Assembly (NCBI GenBank): GCA_049604715.1
Contig: JBMYTV010000003.1
Span: 4,228 to 68,227 of the forward strand
Origin: Patescibacteria group bacterium
GTDB lineage: Bacteria > Patescibacteriota > Patescibacteriia > S139-126 > S139-133
Direction: 5' to 3'
Length of the DNA: 64,000 nt
In this document: positions 9,393-19,294 of the stretch, one piece after another
How the letters are laid out: the number at the start of each line of letters is the position of its first letter
How positions within the stretch are numbered: the first letter of the stretch is position 1
Program-made: the position numbers and the translations under genes
The notes under the pieces: generated by a model
The model's database searches: none
The model's input: only the letters and a program-made list of their open reading frames with translations
Told to the model about the DNA's origin: nothing

Positions 9393-11012
9393 TCAGGCAT
9401 TTTTTGCCTGCTTCTTCAAAGGCAATTCAACAACAAATGTTGTTCCTTTGCCCTCACCTTGGCTTTTGGCAGCAATTGAACCACCATGACCTTCTATAAT
9501 CTTCTTTACAATAAATAATCCAAGGCCCGTGCCACCTGCGTCAATTTGTGCAATGCCCTTGGCGCGAGAAAACTTTTCAAACAAATGCTCAGCATACTCA
9601 GGATCAATACCAACACCAGTATCATGCACTTTGACAATAACAGAATCAGGTTTTTTCTCAGTTGTAACCCATACCTTACCCGCTGGTGTGTATTTGATAG
9701 CGTTATCTACTAGATTAACCATCACATCTTTGAGCTTATCTGAGTCACCAGTAAACGGCAGACTTTCACCAGCACCAACATAGTCTAGTTCTAGGCCTTT
9801 TTTCTGAGCGATCGGATGTAGCTGGTTTACTACATCAGTAATAAGATCTTTTACATCAAAGTCTACCTGTGCAATTTTTAGTCTTCCTGATTCAATACGC
9901 GATACATTGAGGAAAACTTGCACCAAACGCGCCAAACGCTCCACTTCATCATATACACGCGTCAATGACTCATTTTGTTCTTTATTAAAGTTGCCAAAGT
10001 CACCAGCAATGATCATAGAGAGATAGCCCTTGATACTTGAGAGTGGTGTACGGAGTTGGTGTGAGGTGATTGATAAAAACTCTGTCTTGGCTTCATCTAG
10101 TTTTTTGAGTTTTTTGTTTGCGGTCTCTAATTCCTTTGCTAGAGATTCGATTTGCTTCCTTCTTTCAATTTCACGTACAACACTCCTAACAAGCATAACA
10201 CCAATAACTATAGTAGTGGTTAGAATTAACCCGTTTCCAATAAAATCTACCAAAGTTGGCGAAGTGATAAATTCCAATAGAGATACTAGTATCAGAGCAC
10301 CTACTAGTAATTCTGTTGCGATAACTCTTATATTAAGCAAATGATGTCGGATTATTGCGTATGAAGTAAATAATACAAACGGCAGTGTATATAAATGACC
10401 ATACCTGACACTTGATAAGTCTTGCAGAGCAACTGGATAAATAAAATTAAATATTAACACCAAGGTCACCGTGGTAATTAAACCGATCCCCAAGAATTTC
10501 CACTGTTGACGAACTATACCCTTTGCTAACCGCCATGACCTCACCAAAGTTACTATGGCCAGAGAAATAAATGCTAAAGAGTAAATAGCAAACAATAACA
10601 TACCTGGACCAGCAACAGGCGTAGGGACATGTCTAGTAGTATCAAGATGAGTAAATAAGAAAGGAGAACGGGCTATAAATACCATTAAAACCATTAAAAA
10701 CAGAAATAAGAACCCCCTTTTAAGACCGATCACACTCTTATTGTGTAGAAAACTCTTGGTTAATAGATAAAACAATAACGGGTGAGGTATTGCAGCTGCT
10801 ATTGTCCACTTTGCAAAATTTAATATAGATTCATGCGTACTATTTATCGCAAAAAAGTTTACCATAATCCAAATTGTCTGGGAAATGCCAAATAGTGCGA
10901 AAAAAATAGCGTCCTGTCTTCTTGCGCGAGACCTAAGCACTAGGGATACCAAAAAAAGATTAACTAAGGCTACTAAGACTAATAGAGCAAATTCGACTTC
11001 TCCAAATGACAT
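9393..11012 (-). CDS. Sensor histidine kinase (multi-TM N-terminus; HisKA + HATPase_c)
   Basis: About 6-7 N-terminal TM helices, a coiled linker, the H-box SITSHQLRTPLSSIKGY, and N/G-box motifs (DNAIKYT, DTGVGI, GGTGLGL). No response regulator is adjacent. Confidence 0.85.
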   Translation of the reverse strand: MSFGEVEFALLVLVALVNLFLVSLVLRSRARRQDAIFFALFGISQTIWIMVNFFAINSTHESILNFAKWTIAAAIPHPLLFYLLTKSFLHNKSVIGLKRGFLFLFLMVLMVFIARSPFLFTHLDTTRHVPTPVAGPGMLLFAIYSLAFISLAIVTLVRSWRLAKGIVRQQWKFLGIGLITTVTLVLIFNFIYPVALQDLSSVRYGHLYTLPFVLFTSYAIIRHHLLNIRVIATELLVGALILVSLLEFITSPTLVDFIGNGLILTTTIVIGVMLVRSVVREIERRKQIESLAKELETANKKLKKLDEAKTEFLSITSHQLRTPLSSIKGYLSMIIAGDFGNFNKEQNESLTRVYDEVERLARLVQVFLNVSRIESGRLKIAQVDFDVKDLITDVVNQLHPIAQKKGLELDYVGAGESLPFTGDSDKLKDVMVNLVDNAIKYTPAGKVWVTTEKKPDSVIVKVHDTGVGIDPEYAEHLFEKFSRAKGIAQIDAGGTGLGLFIVKKIIEGHGGSIAAKSQGEGKGTTFVVELPLKKQAKNA

Positions 11013-11029
11013 GGGTCGTATATTAAAGA

Positions 11030-12100
11030 TTAATAATAAGTTGGTTCCGACTTATAACTTCGTGAAATTGAATCTGTATCATTCACTGACTTCCCTATCC
11101 TAGAAAGCATTAAAATCTCCTCTTCGTCTTCGAGATTAAATATCCCTTTTATAGAATCATATATGCTCAGTACTTTTTCTGATTGTGCCCTAGACAAAAA
11201 GTCAACACTCCGCCTATTTTCATTTATCCTATGACGGAGATATATCAGAGCAGCTACTGGTTGTAGTGATAGTTGTTTGGAGGTTAAATGAAGCCAAATT
11301 CTTTGAAGTAATATCCCTACATCAAGATAAAGTTTTTGTTTTTTCACATTTTTAGTAGTACTTAACAAGATATAGGAATCTGTTTCAGAATAGAGCCCTG
11401 CCGAATCTTTAGAGATTAATTTCGTTAAACCTAGAATCTTAGCTAATCTAGCTAAACCGTCAAAATTGAGTAGCAACCTAAAAACAAATTCTTTTTCTTT
11501 TTCCAAGGCTAATGTTCTTATGTACAAACCCTTTCTTTTTTCTTTATGTACCCTCTCTTTCCAAACTATAGATGACAATAAAGAACTTCGAATGAATTTG
11601 TTCTCTAAAATCAGCATCTCATTATAAGACAATAATTTTGCAATCTCATTTACTTTAGTGGATTGACTTACCACTTTAACGAACACCTTCTTGTCAGAAA
11701 AACTTTTAAGTGTGTTAATGACCGAATCTTGAACACTATTCTTTAAGTATGGACGTCTATCTGTAAATCTATTTTTTATACTTTCATAATTTTCATCGAG
11801 TTTTTTTTCAGACTTTGTAAATTCAACCTTTGCAACAATATCACTACATTTATCAGGAAAATAAAACAAATTGCAACCATATCCCTTATATGAAGAGATA
11901 ATCCTTATATTTTCTAATAACGCACCTACAGCCACTAAGCTACCTCTTTTTTGGTAATTGTAAGCTTCGTTATCATTCGATGCAGTACATTTAATAAACA
12001 ACACATCATTCTTGATTCTAAATCTCCAAGGCTGAGAATTGTCACCTGAAGGAGCTTCAACAGCTTCTACGAGTATTTCTTTTATCTTCTGTTCTAGCAT
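11030..12100 (-). CDS. Nitroreductase-superfamily (FMN-dependent, SagB/McbC-like) oxidoreductase
   Basis: APSGDNSQPWRF motif (nitroreductase family S-x-N-x-QPW-F). A second RRPY-type segment suggests a two-lobed architecture. It is the last gene of a 4-gene operon. Confidence 0.55.
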   Translation of the reverse strand: MLEQKIKEILVEAVEAPSGDNSQPWRFRIKNDVLFIKCTASNDNEAYNYQKRGSLVAVGALLENIRIISSYKGYGCNLFYFPDKCSDIVAKVEFTKSEKKLDENYESIKNRFTDRRPYLKNSVQDSVINTLKSFSDKKVFVKVVSQSTKVNEIAKLLSYNEMLILENKFIRSSLLSSIVWKERVHKEKRKGLYIRTLALEKEKEFVFRLLLNFDGLARLAKILGLTKLISKDSAGLYSETDSYILLSTTKNVKKQKLYLDVGILLQRIWLHLTSKQLSLQPVAALIYLRHRINENRRSVDFLSRAQSEKVLSIYDSIKGIFNLEDEEEILMLSRIGKSVNDTDSISRSYKSEPTYY

Positions 12101-12107
12101 AAATAAG

Positions 12108-13550
12108 TTATTTTTTGGTAATTATTTTTGGTTTACCTGTAGAATCTAGGTATACTCCATTAACCTGCTTTGGATAAAAGTTCTTTTCATTATATTCTTT
12201 GAATACGATACTTGGCAGAGCCTTGCTCTTTATCATCTCTAATAACTTACTATACTCTATATTCAGCCTTTTTAAATTCCTTACTATACTTTCCAGTATA
12301 ATGACTTTATCAGCATCTGTTAAATCAGCTACTTTTAAATTCTTTGAAAGCTCTAAAACTAATGTGAAAATTTCTTCTTTGCTTTTATTCTTTAACTTCG
12401 AATATGAGAAAAACTTACCGGTTAAGAATTTCTTACACTCTCTGGACTCAATGCCTGCCAAAATATGTTCTGGGTATATGTGTAGTGCGTAGAAAGTCAC
12501 ACAAACATTAGACCTACCTGTAACTGCTACAATTGGTAGATTCCAAGCTGGAAATTTTTCAACAATATTCCTTATCAACTTTGAGTCACTCTTTTTTAAT
12601 AACTCGTTTATTGTTAGCACACAGCCCTTATCTTTAATGTTGTATCTAACCAAGGGAATAGGCGTGTTGATAGTAATGATCAATTGTTTATTAACACGTT
12701 CAAAGAAAATAGATCTGGGATGGAATTGGTATAACCCAGGCACAGCATCAACGCTATCGAACAACGTCATTAACAATGAAGTGGGGAGTTTTTTTCTTAA
12801 ACTGATGGTCAGCGGTGTTTCGTAAGCCATTTTACCAGCATCAGTAGACCCGTAAACGCTACATATAGAAAAAGGGTCTCTTTGTCCCAAAACAGTTAAC
12901 AAATCATCTCTCCATTCTTCAGAAATTTTACTTCCCGTAACTAAAACTTTGTATTTCTTATTATTGTCAAGCAACTTTAATTTTTTAGCCTCTAATACTA
13001 TATCCATTACAAAAGCTGGGTGGCCTGCAAGTACTATATTTTTATAAAAATTACCTAAAGATGACAAGACTGACAATGTTCTTTCAACCGAGTATCCTGG
13101 GGTAGCTGTGGTTATATTAAATCCTTGCCTAGATAGCCCACGGCATGCAGCTAATGTATGGTGACCAGCCATCCAAAGGTCCATTGCAAAACTAATTACC
13201 ACTAAAGTGGGCTCACCTTTTTTAATGTTATACAGCCCACTAAATAACTTTTTATGTGATAATAAACTAAGCGCCTCTTGTTGATCACTTCCAAACCAAA
13301 ACGTAGGACTACCTGTTGAGCCTGAGCTGGCATAAACAATAGGAGGCTTGCTTAATTTATCCTGTAACTGATCCACTGAGTACTTCAAAATGTAACTTTC
13401 TTTCGAAGTAAGGGGTATTTGCGACCATTCTATGTATGAGCCAACCGATTTTCTTGTATTATAATCGCTTAACTCCAGGTAACTAGCGTAGGCTGGAACA
13501 TTCTTTATAGCATGATAATAAGTTTGTTTTGCGTTTACAAATCCTTGCAT
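12108..13550 (-). CDS. Adenylate-forming enzyme, PaaK / coenzyme F390 synthetase-like (ANL superfamily)
   Basis: YASSGSTGSPTFW matches the PaaK/F390-synthetase P-loop (SSG[ST]TG.P). 480 aa. Confidence 0.6.
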   Translation of the reverse strand: MQGFVNAKQTYYHAIKNVPAYASYLELSDYNTRKSVGSYIEWSQIPLTSKESYILKYSVDQLQDKLSKPPIVYASSGSTGSPTFWFGSDQQEALSLLSHKKLFSGLYNIKKGEPTLVVISFAMDLWMAGHHTLAACRGLSRQGFNITTATPGYSVERTLSVLSSLGNFYKNIVLAGHPAFVMDIVLEAKKLKLLDNNKKYKVLVTGSKISEEWRDDLLTVLGQRDPFSICSVYGSTDAGKMAYETPLTISLRKKLPTSLLMTLFDSVDAVPGLYQFHPRSIFFERVNKQLIITINTPIPLVRYNIKDKGCVLTINELLKKSDSKLIRNIVEKFPAWNLPIVAVTGRSNVCVTFYALHIYPEHILAGIESRECKKFLTGKFFSYSKLKNKSKEEIFTLVLELSKNLKVADLTDADKVIILESIVRNLKRLNIEYSKLLEMIKSKALPSIVFKEYNEKNFYPKQVNGVYLDSTGKPKIITKK

Positions 13551-13552
13551 TG

Positions 13553-14566
13553 TTACTTAGTAAAACTATTATAATTAATTAGATAATTTCCACAAATCTG
13601 TTTCGTTAAGAGTATGCTTCTGACAGCATCACTTGCCACCGCACCAGCCACCATTGAAGTTGTTCCTAACTGTGGTATTGAAACCAATGTACTACCAACT
13701 TCCTTTAGGGAACTCCGTAACCTATCTCCTGGCTCAAAACCTATTATTTTATTAGCAATTCTAATCCAATCTTGCTTGTTTAATAAATGCCCAGCATCTA
13801 CTATCTTCTCATCTTTTAATACGCCGTGAAACAACTCTTGGTCTTCACTGATGTCATACCTTTCAATGCTAATTACAACTTCTTCACCAAAGTCAGTAGC
13901 CATGACTACTGGAATTTTGTTCACTTTACAGTATTTTCTCAACTCAATTTTTATACTTATGTCATCGACAGCGTCTACTAAAACATCAATATTTTCGTTT
14001 ATCACAAAATCATTAATATTACTTTTCTGTACTCCACAATCAAAAAACTTCATATCTATAAATGGATTTACCTCCCAGGATTTTCGCATAGCAACCTCAC
14101 CTTTTAAAGAACCATAATCAACCAGGCCAGCGTTTATCCGGTTTAGGTTAGTAACCTCTACCGTGTCAAAATCTGCTAAAACAAACTTGTTTCCAACAGC
14201 CGATCGTAGTAAACCATCTAATACTTTCGAACCTACTGACATCCCTGCTATTCCAATCTTTGAATTGTATACCTTTACCTGCTCAGCTTGTCGAATCAAG
14301 TTTTTATTCCGTGAGGTAATTAAATCGACATAAAAATCTTCGCCGGGTAAACAGAAAACCCTATCTAACCAATCGTAATGAGCCCACACTCTTTTAATAT
14401 TATGGTGGCACACAAATTCACTTACCAAACTGTCACTTATACTATTCTTTAACTTTGGATTATCAATTAAAACCAACTCCCTTATACAATCATTGAAAAT
14501 ATTAACAATTTCAACTTCTGTATTGAACTTTGGTTTTTCTTCATATATTGTAGGCTTCTCAATCAC
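13553..14566 (-). CDS. ThiF/MoeB/E1-like adenylyltransferase with ~100-aa N-terminal extension
   Basis: Rossmann nucleotide-binding motif KIGIAGMSVGSKVLDGLL at about residue 105. The N-terminal extension precedes the E1 fold, as in MccB/PaaA-type peptide-binding E1-likes. Confidence 0.6.
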   Translation of the reverse strand: MIEKPTIYEEKPKFNTEVEIVNIFNDCIRELVLIDNPKLKNSISDSLVSEFVCHHNIKRVWAHYDWLDRVFCLPGEDFYVDLITSRNKNLIRQAEQVKVYNSKIGIAGMSVGSKVLDGLLRSAVGNKFVLADFDTVEVTNLNRINAGLVDYGSLKGEVAMRKSWEVNPFIDMKFFDCGVQKSNINDFVINENIDVLVDAVDDISIKIELRKYCKVNKIPVVMATDFGEEVVISIERYDISEDQELFHGVLKDEKIVDAGHLLNKQDWIRIANKIIGFEPGDRLRSSLKEVGSTLVSIPQLGTTSMVAGAVASDAVRSILLTKQICGNYLINYNSFTK

Positions 14567-14569
14567 TTG

Positions 14570-16120
14570 TTAATAGATTAGGGTATTAAAGTTCTTTCTA
14601 AATGCCTCTAAATTACTTGTGAAGTCCTTATCTTTATACCAAACAGGAAATACAGCTCTTACTTTTTTATAGAGTTTATCAGAAGATTTTGAGATTTCTT
14701 CATTTACACCCATCACATCGGTAGCCTGTGCAAGAGTAATCAATCCAACCCCGATAATTTGTTTTATAGCCTCAATAACCTGATAACTTAATAACGAAGA
14801 ATTAGTGCCCATGCTAACAATATCTTGATTGTCAGCATTTGTTGTTATGCTGTGTACATAATTAGGAAAACACAAGGTCTGTATTTCAGCGGTTGTGGAT
14901 GTGGCAACAAATTGCAACCCTTGTAAGGCTATATCAAATCCTGGCTTACGTAGATTTAGGAATGGAGGTAAGTGGTCTCGGACATTTGGGTTGAGAAAGA
15001 TATTAACATGTCTTTCTACAGTCATCGCGATACGTGATAGTCCAATCTTTACTTTATCCATCTCGAATGACACGTAATCCCCATGAAAATTTCCTCCATG
15101 TAATAGGGTATCAGCCTTTCCATTGGTTATTGGATTATCTGTTACTGAATTAATCTCGACTTCTATAACTCGTTTTGCATTTTGTATAACTTCCCAAATA
15201 GGACCGTATATCTGAGGCAAACAACGTATTGAGTATACATCTTGAACTTTATGATCAATTTTTCTCACATCGTGCTTTCCTACGTCAATTTTTTTTGCTA
15301 AATCTAATCTATGCTGTAGTAATTTTGACGTACTAAGTGCATTTCTCATTTTCTTAGCAACAAAAATCTGACCTTTATGTGGACGTAGCGCCTGGATTTC
15401 ACTACTTATAGGGTCATCAAACCCAGCCATAAGTTCATATGTGTATGCTCCTGCAACTATAGCCAAATCGATTATCTTACGTGCCTCATATAAAACCAGC
15501 GATCCAATTCCGGACATGGCCGCCGTACCGTTTATTAAGGCCAAGCCTTCCTTTGATACCAAGTTGCTAGGTTTAATTTTTAATCTTTTTAGTACGCTAC
15601 TTGTTTTTTTTACTCTACCTTTATAATAAACCTTTCCCTCTCCAATCAAAGCTAATGCAACGTGTGCTAACTGGACAAGGTCTCCGCTTGCTCCTACAGA
15701 ACCATAGCGTGGAACAGCTGGGACAATACCTGAGTTGATATATAGCTCAATTTGTTTAATAAGCGACCACCTAACCCCAGACCTACCTTTCAATAGCGTA
15801 TTTAATCGCACTAACATAACTGACATACACTGCTGTCTAGTTAAGTATTCGCCCATTCCAGTCGCGTGACTACGTATTAGGTTATATTGCAATTGATTAA
15901 TTTGCTTCTTACTCAACACGTACTGCGCCATAGGACCAAATCCTGTATTCACACCGTATGTTAAAACCGATTCGCCGATTTTCTCAACAAACTTTCTTGA
16001 CTTATCTACTTTGATTTTACATTTCGCATCTACCCTTACCAACACTCCGTTATTTGTAACCTGCCATATTTGATCAATGGTTAAATCCCCTCCCGTTAGA
16101 ACAACAGGTTTACTTGGCAT
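14570..16120 (-). CDS. MIO-dependent aromatic amino-acid ammonia-lyase/aminomutase (HAL/PAL/TAL family)
   Basis: GSVGASGDLVQLAHVAL contains the Ala-Ser-Gly triad that forms the MIO cofactor, and the context is HutH-like. The 516-aa length matches the family. Confidence 0.8.
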   Translation of the reverse strand: MPSKPVVLTGGDLTIDQIWQVTNNGVLVRVDAKCKIKVDKSRKFVEKIGESVLTYGVNTGFGPMAQYVLSKKQINQLQYNLIRSHATGMGEYLTRQQCMSVMLVRLNTLLKGRSGVRWSLIKQIELYINSGIVPAVPRYGSVGASGDLVQLAHVALALIGEGKVYYKGRVKKTSSVLKRLKIKPSNLVSKEGLALINGTAAMSGIGSLVLYEARKIIDLAIVAGAYTYELMAGFDDPISSEIQALRPHKGQIFVAKKMRNALSTSKLLQHRLDLAKKIDVGKHDVRKIDHKVQDVYSIRCLPQIYGPIWEVIQNAKRVIEVEINSVTDNPITNGKADTLLHGGNFHGDYVSFEMDKVKIGLSRIAMTVERHVNIFLNPNVRDHLPPFLNLRKPGFDIALQGLQFVATSTTAEIQTLCFPNYVHSITTNADNQDIVSMGTNSSLLSYQVIEAIKQIIGVGLITLAQATDVMGVNEEISKSSDKLYKKVRAVFPVWYKDKDFTSNLEAFRKNFNTLIY

Positions 16121-16123
16121 ATA

Positions 16124-17119
16124 CTACAATCGTTCAATAGCAATTTCTACAAGTCGATTCGCATACCCCCACTCATTGTCATACCAAGCAACAACTTTCA
16201 ATAAGTTGCCACCAACAACATTGGTGAGAGATAAATCAACTATGCATGATGCGGGATTGCCAATAATATCTGACGATACAATCGGTTCAGAGGTGACTTC
16301 CATGACTCCTGATAAATCACCCGCTGCCGCAGCGTTTAATACTTCGTTCACTTCCTCCACAGTGACGTCTTTTTTGGTAACAAAGGTCAGATCTGACAGT
16401 GACCCGGTAATAACTGGCACTCGTATTGCCATTCCATCAAATGATCCTTGCAAACTTGGGATAACTTTCGTAGTTGCAATCGCAGCTCCTGTAGTTGTTG
16501 GCACAATATTGTGAGCTGCTGCTCGAGCGCGCCGTAAATCTTTGTGCGGTCCATCAACTAATCTTTGATCAGCAGTATATGCATGTACTGTAGTCATCAT
16601 AGCCTTGTCGATCCCAAATGCATCTTCAACAACCTTTACAACAGGTGCAATACAATTTGTAGTGCATGATGCATTGCAAGCAACATTTTCTTTATCATCC
16701 ATACTATCAGCAACACCCTTCACCAGTGTGGTTGTAACTTCGTCCTTAGCTGGCGCTGAAATAACTACGCGCTTAGCACCTGCTTTGGTGTGTGCAGCTG
16801 CTAACTCCTTTGTTCTAAAAATACCTGTACACTCCAAGACAACATCCACGTCTAAATCACCCCAAGGAAGTTTTGCGGGGTCTTTCTCACTGTAGACTGG
16901 GATACTCGCACCATCTACGATCAAATGTGTATCATCACTCTTAACTTCGTGTGTGTATTTGCCATACACAGAATCATACTGCAAAAGATGCGCTAGTGTT
17001 GCCTTATCTGTCAGGTCATTTACACCAACTACCTCAACATCATCGCGATCATACATCACACGAAAAGCCGCCCTCCCTATTCTTCCAAAACCATTAATGG
17101 CAATACGTTTTTTTGACAT
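16124..17119 (-). CDS. gap: Glyceraldehyde-3-phosphate dehydrogenase
   Basis: INGFGRIGR NAD-binding motif, and SCTTNC containing the catalytic Cys. Confidence 0.95.
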   Translation of the reverse strand: MSKKRIAINGFGRIGRAAFRVMYDRDDVEVVGVNDLTDKATLAHLLQYDSVYGKYTHEVKSDDTHLIVDGASIPVYSEKDPAKLPWGDLDVDVVLECTGIFRTKELAAAHTKAGAKRVVISAPAKDEVTTTLVKGVADSMDDKENVACNASCTTNCIAPVVKVVEDAFGIDKAMMTTVHAYTADQRLVDGPHKDLRRARAAAHNIVPTTTGAAIATTKVIPSLQGSFDGMAIRVPVITGSLSDLTFVTKKDVTVEEVNEVLNAAAAGDLSGVMEVTSEPIVSSDIIGNPASCIVDLSLTNVVGGNLLKVVAWYDNEWGYANRLVEIAIERL

Positions 17120-17182
17120 TGTGAAAAATTTAGATGATCAATAACCTTAGTATAGCAAAAAAACCAAACTCACAAAAGTTTT

Positions 17183-17875
17183 TTACGAAATTGTTGTACC
17201 AACTGACACCCCTTCAAGCAATGACTTCATAGACTCATCACTCCATTGAAACACTACAATCGGTAGTGCGTGTTGCTTTGCCATGGCAAATGCAGTTGCG
17301 TCCATAACCTTTAAATCTTTTTTCAAAGCTTCGTCATAATCAAGAGTGTCATAGCGGTTTGCGTCTGGATTTGTATGTGGGTTATCATCATACACACCAT
17401 CAATATGTGTGCCTTTCAACACCGCATCAACCCCGAGCTCCAAACCAAACAAAACCGCAGCTGTATCAGTGCTGAAGTATGGCAATCCAGTACCGCCTAA
17501 GATAATAACCTCACCATCTTCAAAACGGCGACGCGCCTCAAGGGGTTTATGTGGCTCAACAACAGGATCAATCTGAAATGACGACTCAACTCGAGCAACA
17601 ATGCCGCGCTGCTGCAATACCATTTTGAGCATTAGTCCATTGATTACTGCACCTAACATACCTGCATGATCTGGAATCACAGTTGAATACTTGGCAGGAT
17701 CAACAATACGACCACGCATAATATTTCCCGCACCAACAACTACGGCAATTTTTGTGCCCTGTTTTACAAATGACTCAACATGATCAGCAAGACGCTCGAT
17801 CTTTTCTATGGCGATTGCATTTTCATCGCCTTTAAAAAACTCACCTGATAATTTTAGTAAAATTCGTTGGTACAT
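17183..17875 (-). CDS. pyrH: UMP kinase
   Basis: ILLKLSGE N-terminus and full amino-acid-kinase fold motifs. Confidence 0.9.
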   Translation of the reverse strand: MYQRILLKLSGEFFKGDENAIAIEKIERLADHVESFVKQGTKIAVVVGAGNIMRGRIVDPAKYSTVIPDHAGMLGAVINGLMLKMVLQQRGIVARVESSFQIDPVVEPHKPLEARRRFEDGEVIILGGTGLPYFSTDTAAVLFGLELGVDAVLKGTHIDGVYDDNPHTNPDANRYDTLDYDEALKKDLKVMDATAFAMAKQHALPIVVFQWSDESMKSLLEGVSVGTTIS

Positions 17876-17889
17876 AAAGAAATAAAATA

Positions 17890-17915
17890 ATACTCATAAA
17901 AACAGCCGCTTGCTA
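17890..17915 (-). terminator. Hairpin terminator/attenuator between tsf and pyrH
   Basis: acagccgc-ttgcta-gcggctgt hairpin. On the minus strand it is followed by TTTATGAGTATTATTTTATTT. Confidence 0.45.
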
Positions 17916-17930
17916 GCGGCTGTTTGGAAA

Positions 17931-18518
17931 TTAAATAGAAAAACGATGGAATTCAGTAACCTGAATATTTTCACCGAGCTTTGCGATCATCTCAGTGAAC
18001 CATTTCTCAATGGTTAGTTTGTCATCTTTGATAAATGACTGCTTCATCAGACAAACATCAGAATAGTATTTATCAAGCTTACCTTCTGCGATCTTCTGGA
18101 TTATATCTTCTGGTTTTCCTGACTCTTTCATCTCTTCTTTATAAATAGAAAGCTCTTTGTCTTTTACATCTTGTGGAACCTCATCTGAAGTAATGTATTG
18201 TGGATTCATTGCAGCTACTTGCATAGCAAGATCATTTGCAAGTGCTTTAAAGTCATCAGTGCGTGCAACAAAATCTGTTTCGCAAAGCACTTTTACCATT
18301 GCAGCGATCTTTCCATTGCTATGTACATACATACCAACAATACCTTCACCAGTTGATCGATCTGCCTTTTTTGCGGCAATCTTCTGACCAGCTTTCCGAA
18401 GATACTCAACTGCGGCATCCATGTCACCGTTTGTTTCTTCAAGTGCTTTCTTGGCATCCATCATGCCTGCACCAGTAGCTTCACGAAGCTTCTTTACTGC
18501 TTCTGCTGTAATACTCAT
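17931..18518 (-). CDS. tsf: Elongation factor Ts
   Basis: N-terminal AVKKLREATGAGMMDAKKALEE (UBA-like EF-Ts signature). Confidence 0.9.
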   Translation of the reverse strand: MSITAEAVKKLREATGAGMMDAKKALEETNGDMDAAVEYLRKAGQKIAAKKADRSTGEGIVGMYVHSNGKIAAMVKVLCETDFVARTDDFKALANDLAMQVAAMNPQYITSDEVPQDVKDKELSIYKEEMKESGKPEDIIQKIAEGKLDKYYSDVCLMKQSFIKDDKLTIEKWFTEMIAKLGENIQVTEFHRFSI

Positions 18519-18535
18519 AGTAGTATGTATGTTAA

Positions 18536-19294
18536 TTATTTCTTTGGTTTATTCGGCTTGTCAGCTTTTTGTGCGCTTTCAGCCTGTTTTTTTGCATATA
18601 CTGCTTGTGCCTCATTGATAGTATGAGCAACACATGAGCAGAAAAGTTCAAGTGAACGAACCGCATCGTCATTTCCAGGTACTGGATACTCAATGCCAGT
18701 TGGGTTGATATTGGTGTCTACCACACCTACAACTGGTACTTTCTTAGTATGTGCTTCAAGACGCGGTGTTTTGTCTTCTTTCAAATCAATCATAAAGACA
18801 GCTCCAGGTAGAGTCTTCATGGTACGAATACCACCAACAAGATAGGTCAAACGATCAATCTCTCTTTGGAATTCTAGCTGTTCTTTTTTGGTATATTTTT
18901 CGTGCTTACCTTGATCACGCTCTTCTTCGAGCTTTTCAAGTTTCTTAATCAAATTTTGAATAGTATCAAAATTAGTAAATGTACCACCAAGCCATTTATC
19001 TACAACATATGGACTTTGTGTTTCGCTTGCGTACTTTCGTACAATATCGCGACCTTGTTTTTTGGTACCGATCCAGAGAACTGATTTGCCGCTGGCAACT
19101 GTATCAAATAAAAAGTCCAAGGCTTGTTCAAGACGCTTGGCTGTTTGCTCAAGATCAATAATATGAATACCCTGGCGCACAGCATAAATATACTGCTCCA
19201 TCTTAGGATGCCATCGTGAGGTAGTATGTCCAAAATGGACACCTGCCTGCATCATATCCAGAAGCTCTGGGATCTTGTGTTCTTTCTTTGACAT
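18536..19294 (-). CDS. rpsB: 30S ribosomal protein S2
   Basis: MSKKEHKIPELLDMMQAGVHFGH S2 N-terminus, so the start is at the internal Met and not the track's upstream Met. It carries a Lys-rich C-terminal tail. Confidence 0.9.
   Translation of the reverse strand: MSKKEHKIPELLDMMQAGVHFGHTTSRWHPKMEQYIYAVRQGIHIIDLEQTAKRLEQALDFLFDTVASGKSVLWIGTKKQGRDIVRKYASETQSPYVVDKWLGGTFTNFDTIQNLIKKLEKLEEERDQGKHEKYTKKEQLEFQREIDRLTYLVGGIRTMKTLPGAVFMIDLKEDKTPRLEAHTKKVPVVGVVDTNINPTGIEYPVPGNDDAVRSLELFCSCVAHTINEAQAVYAKKQAESAQKADKPNKPKK

Noticed and set aside
12199-12492. 97-aa plus-strand ORF (and similar ones at 13614-14117, 14895-15626) within the accessory cluster
   Set aside because: They are antisense to strongly supported minus-strand enzyme genes. 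Their low-complexity AT-rich translations are spurious.
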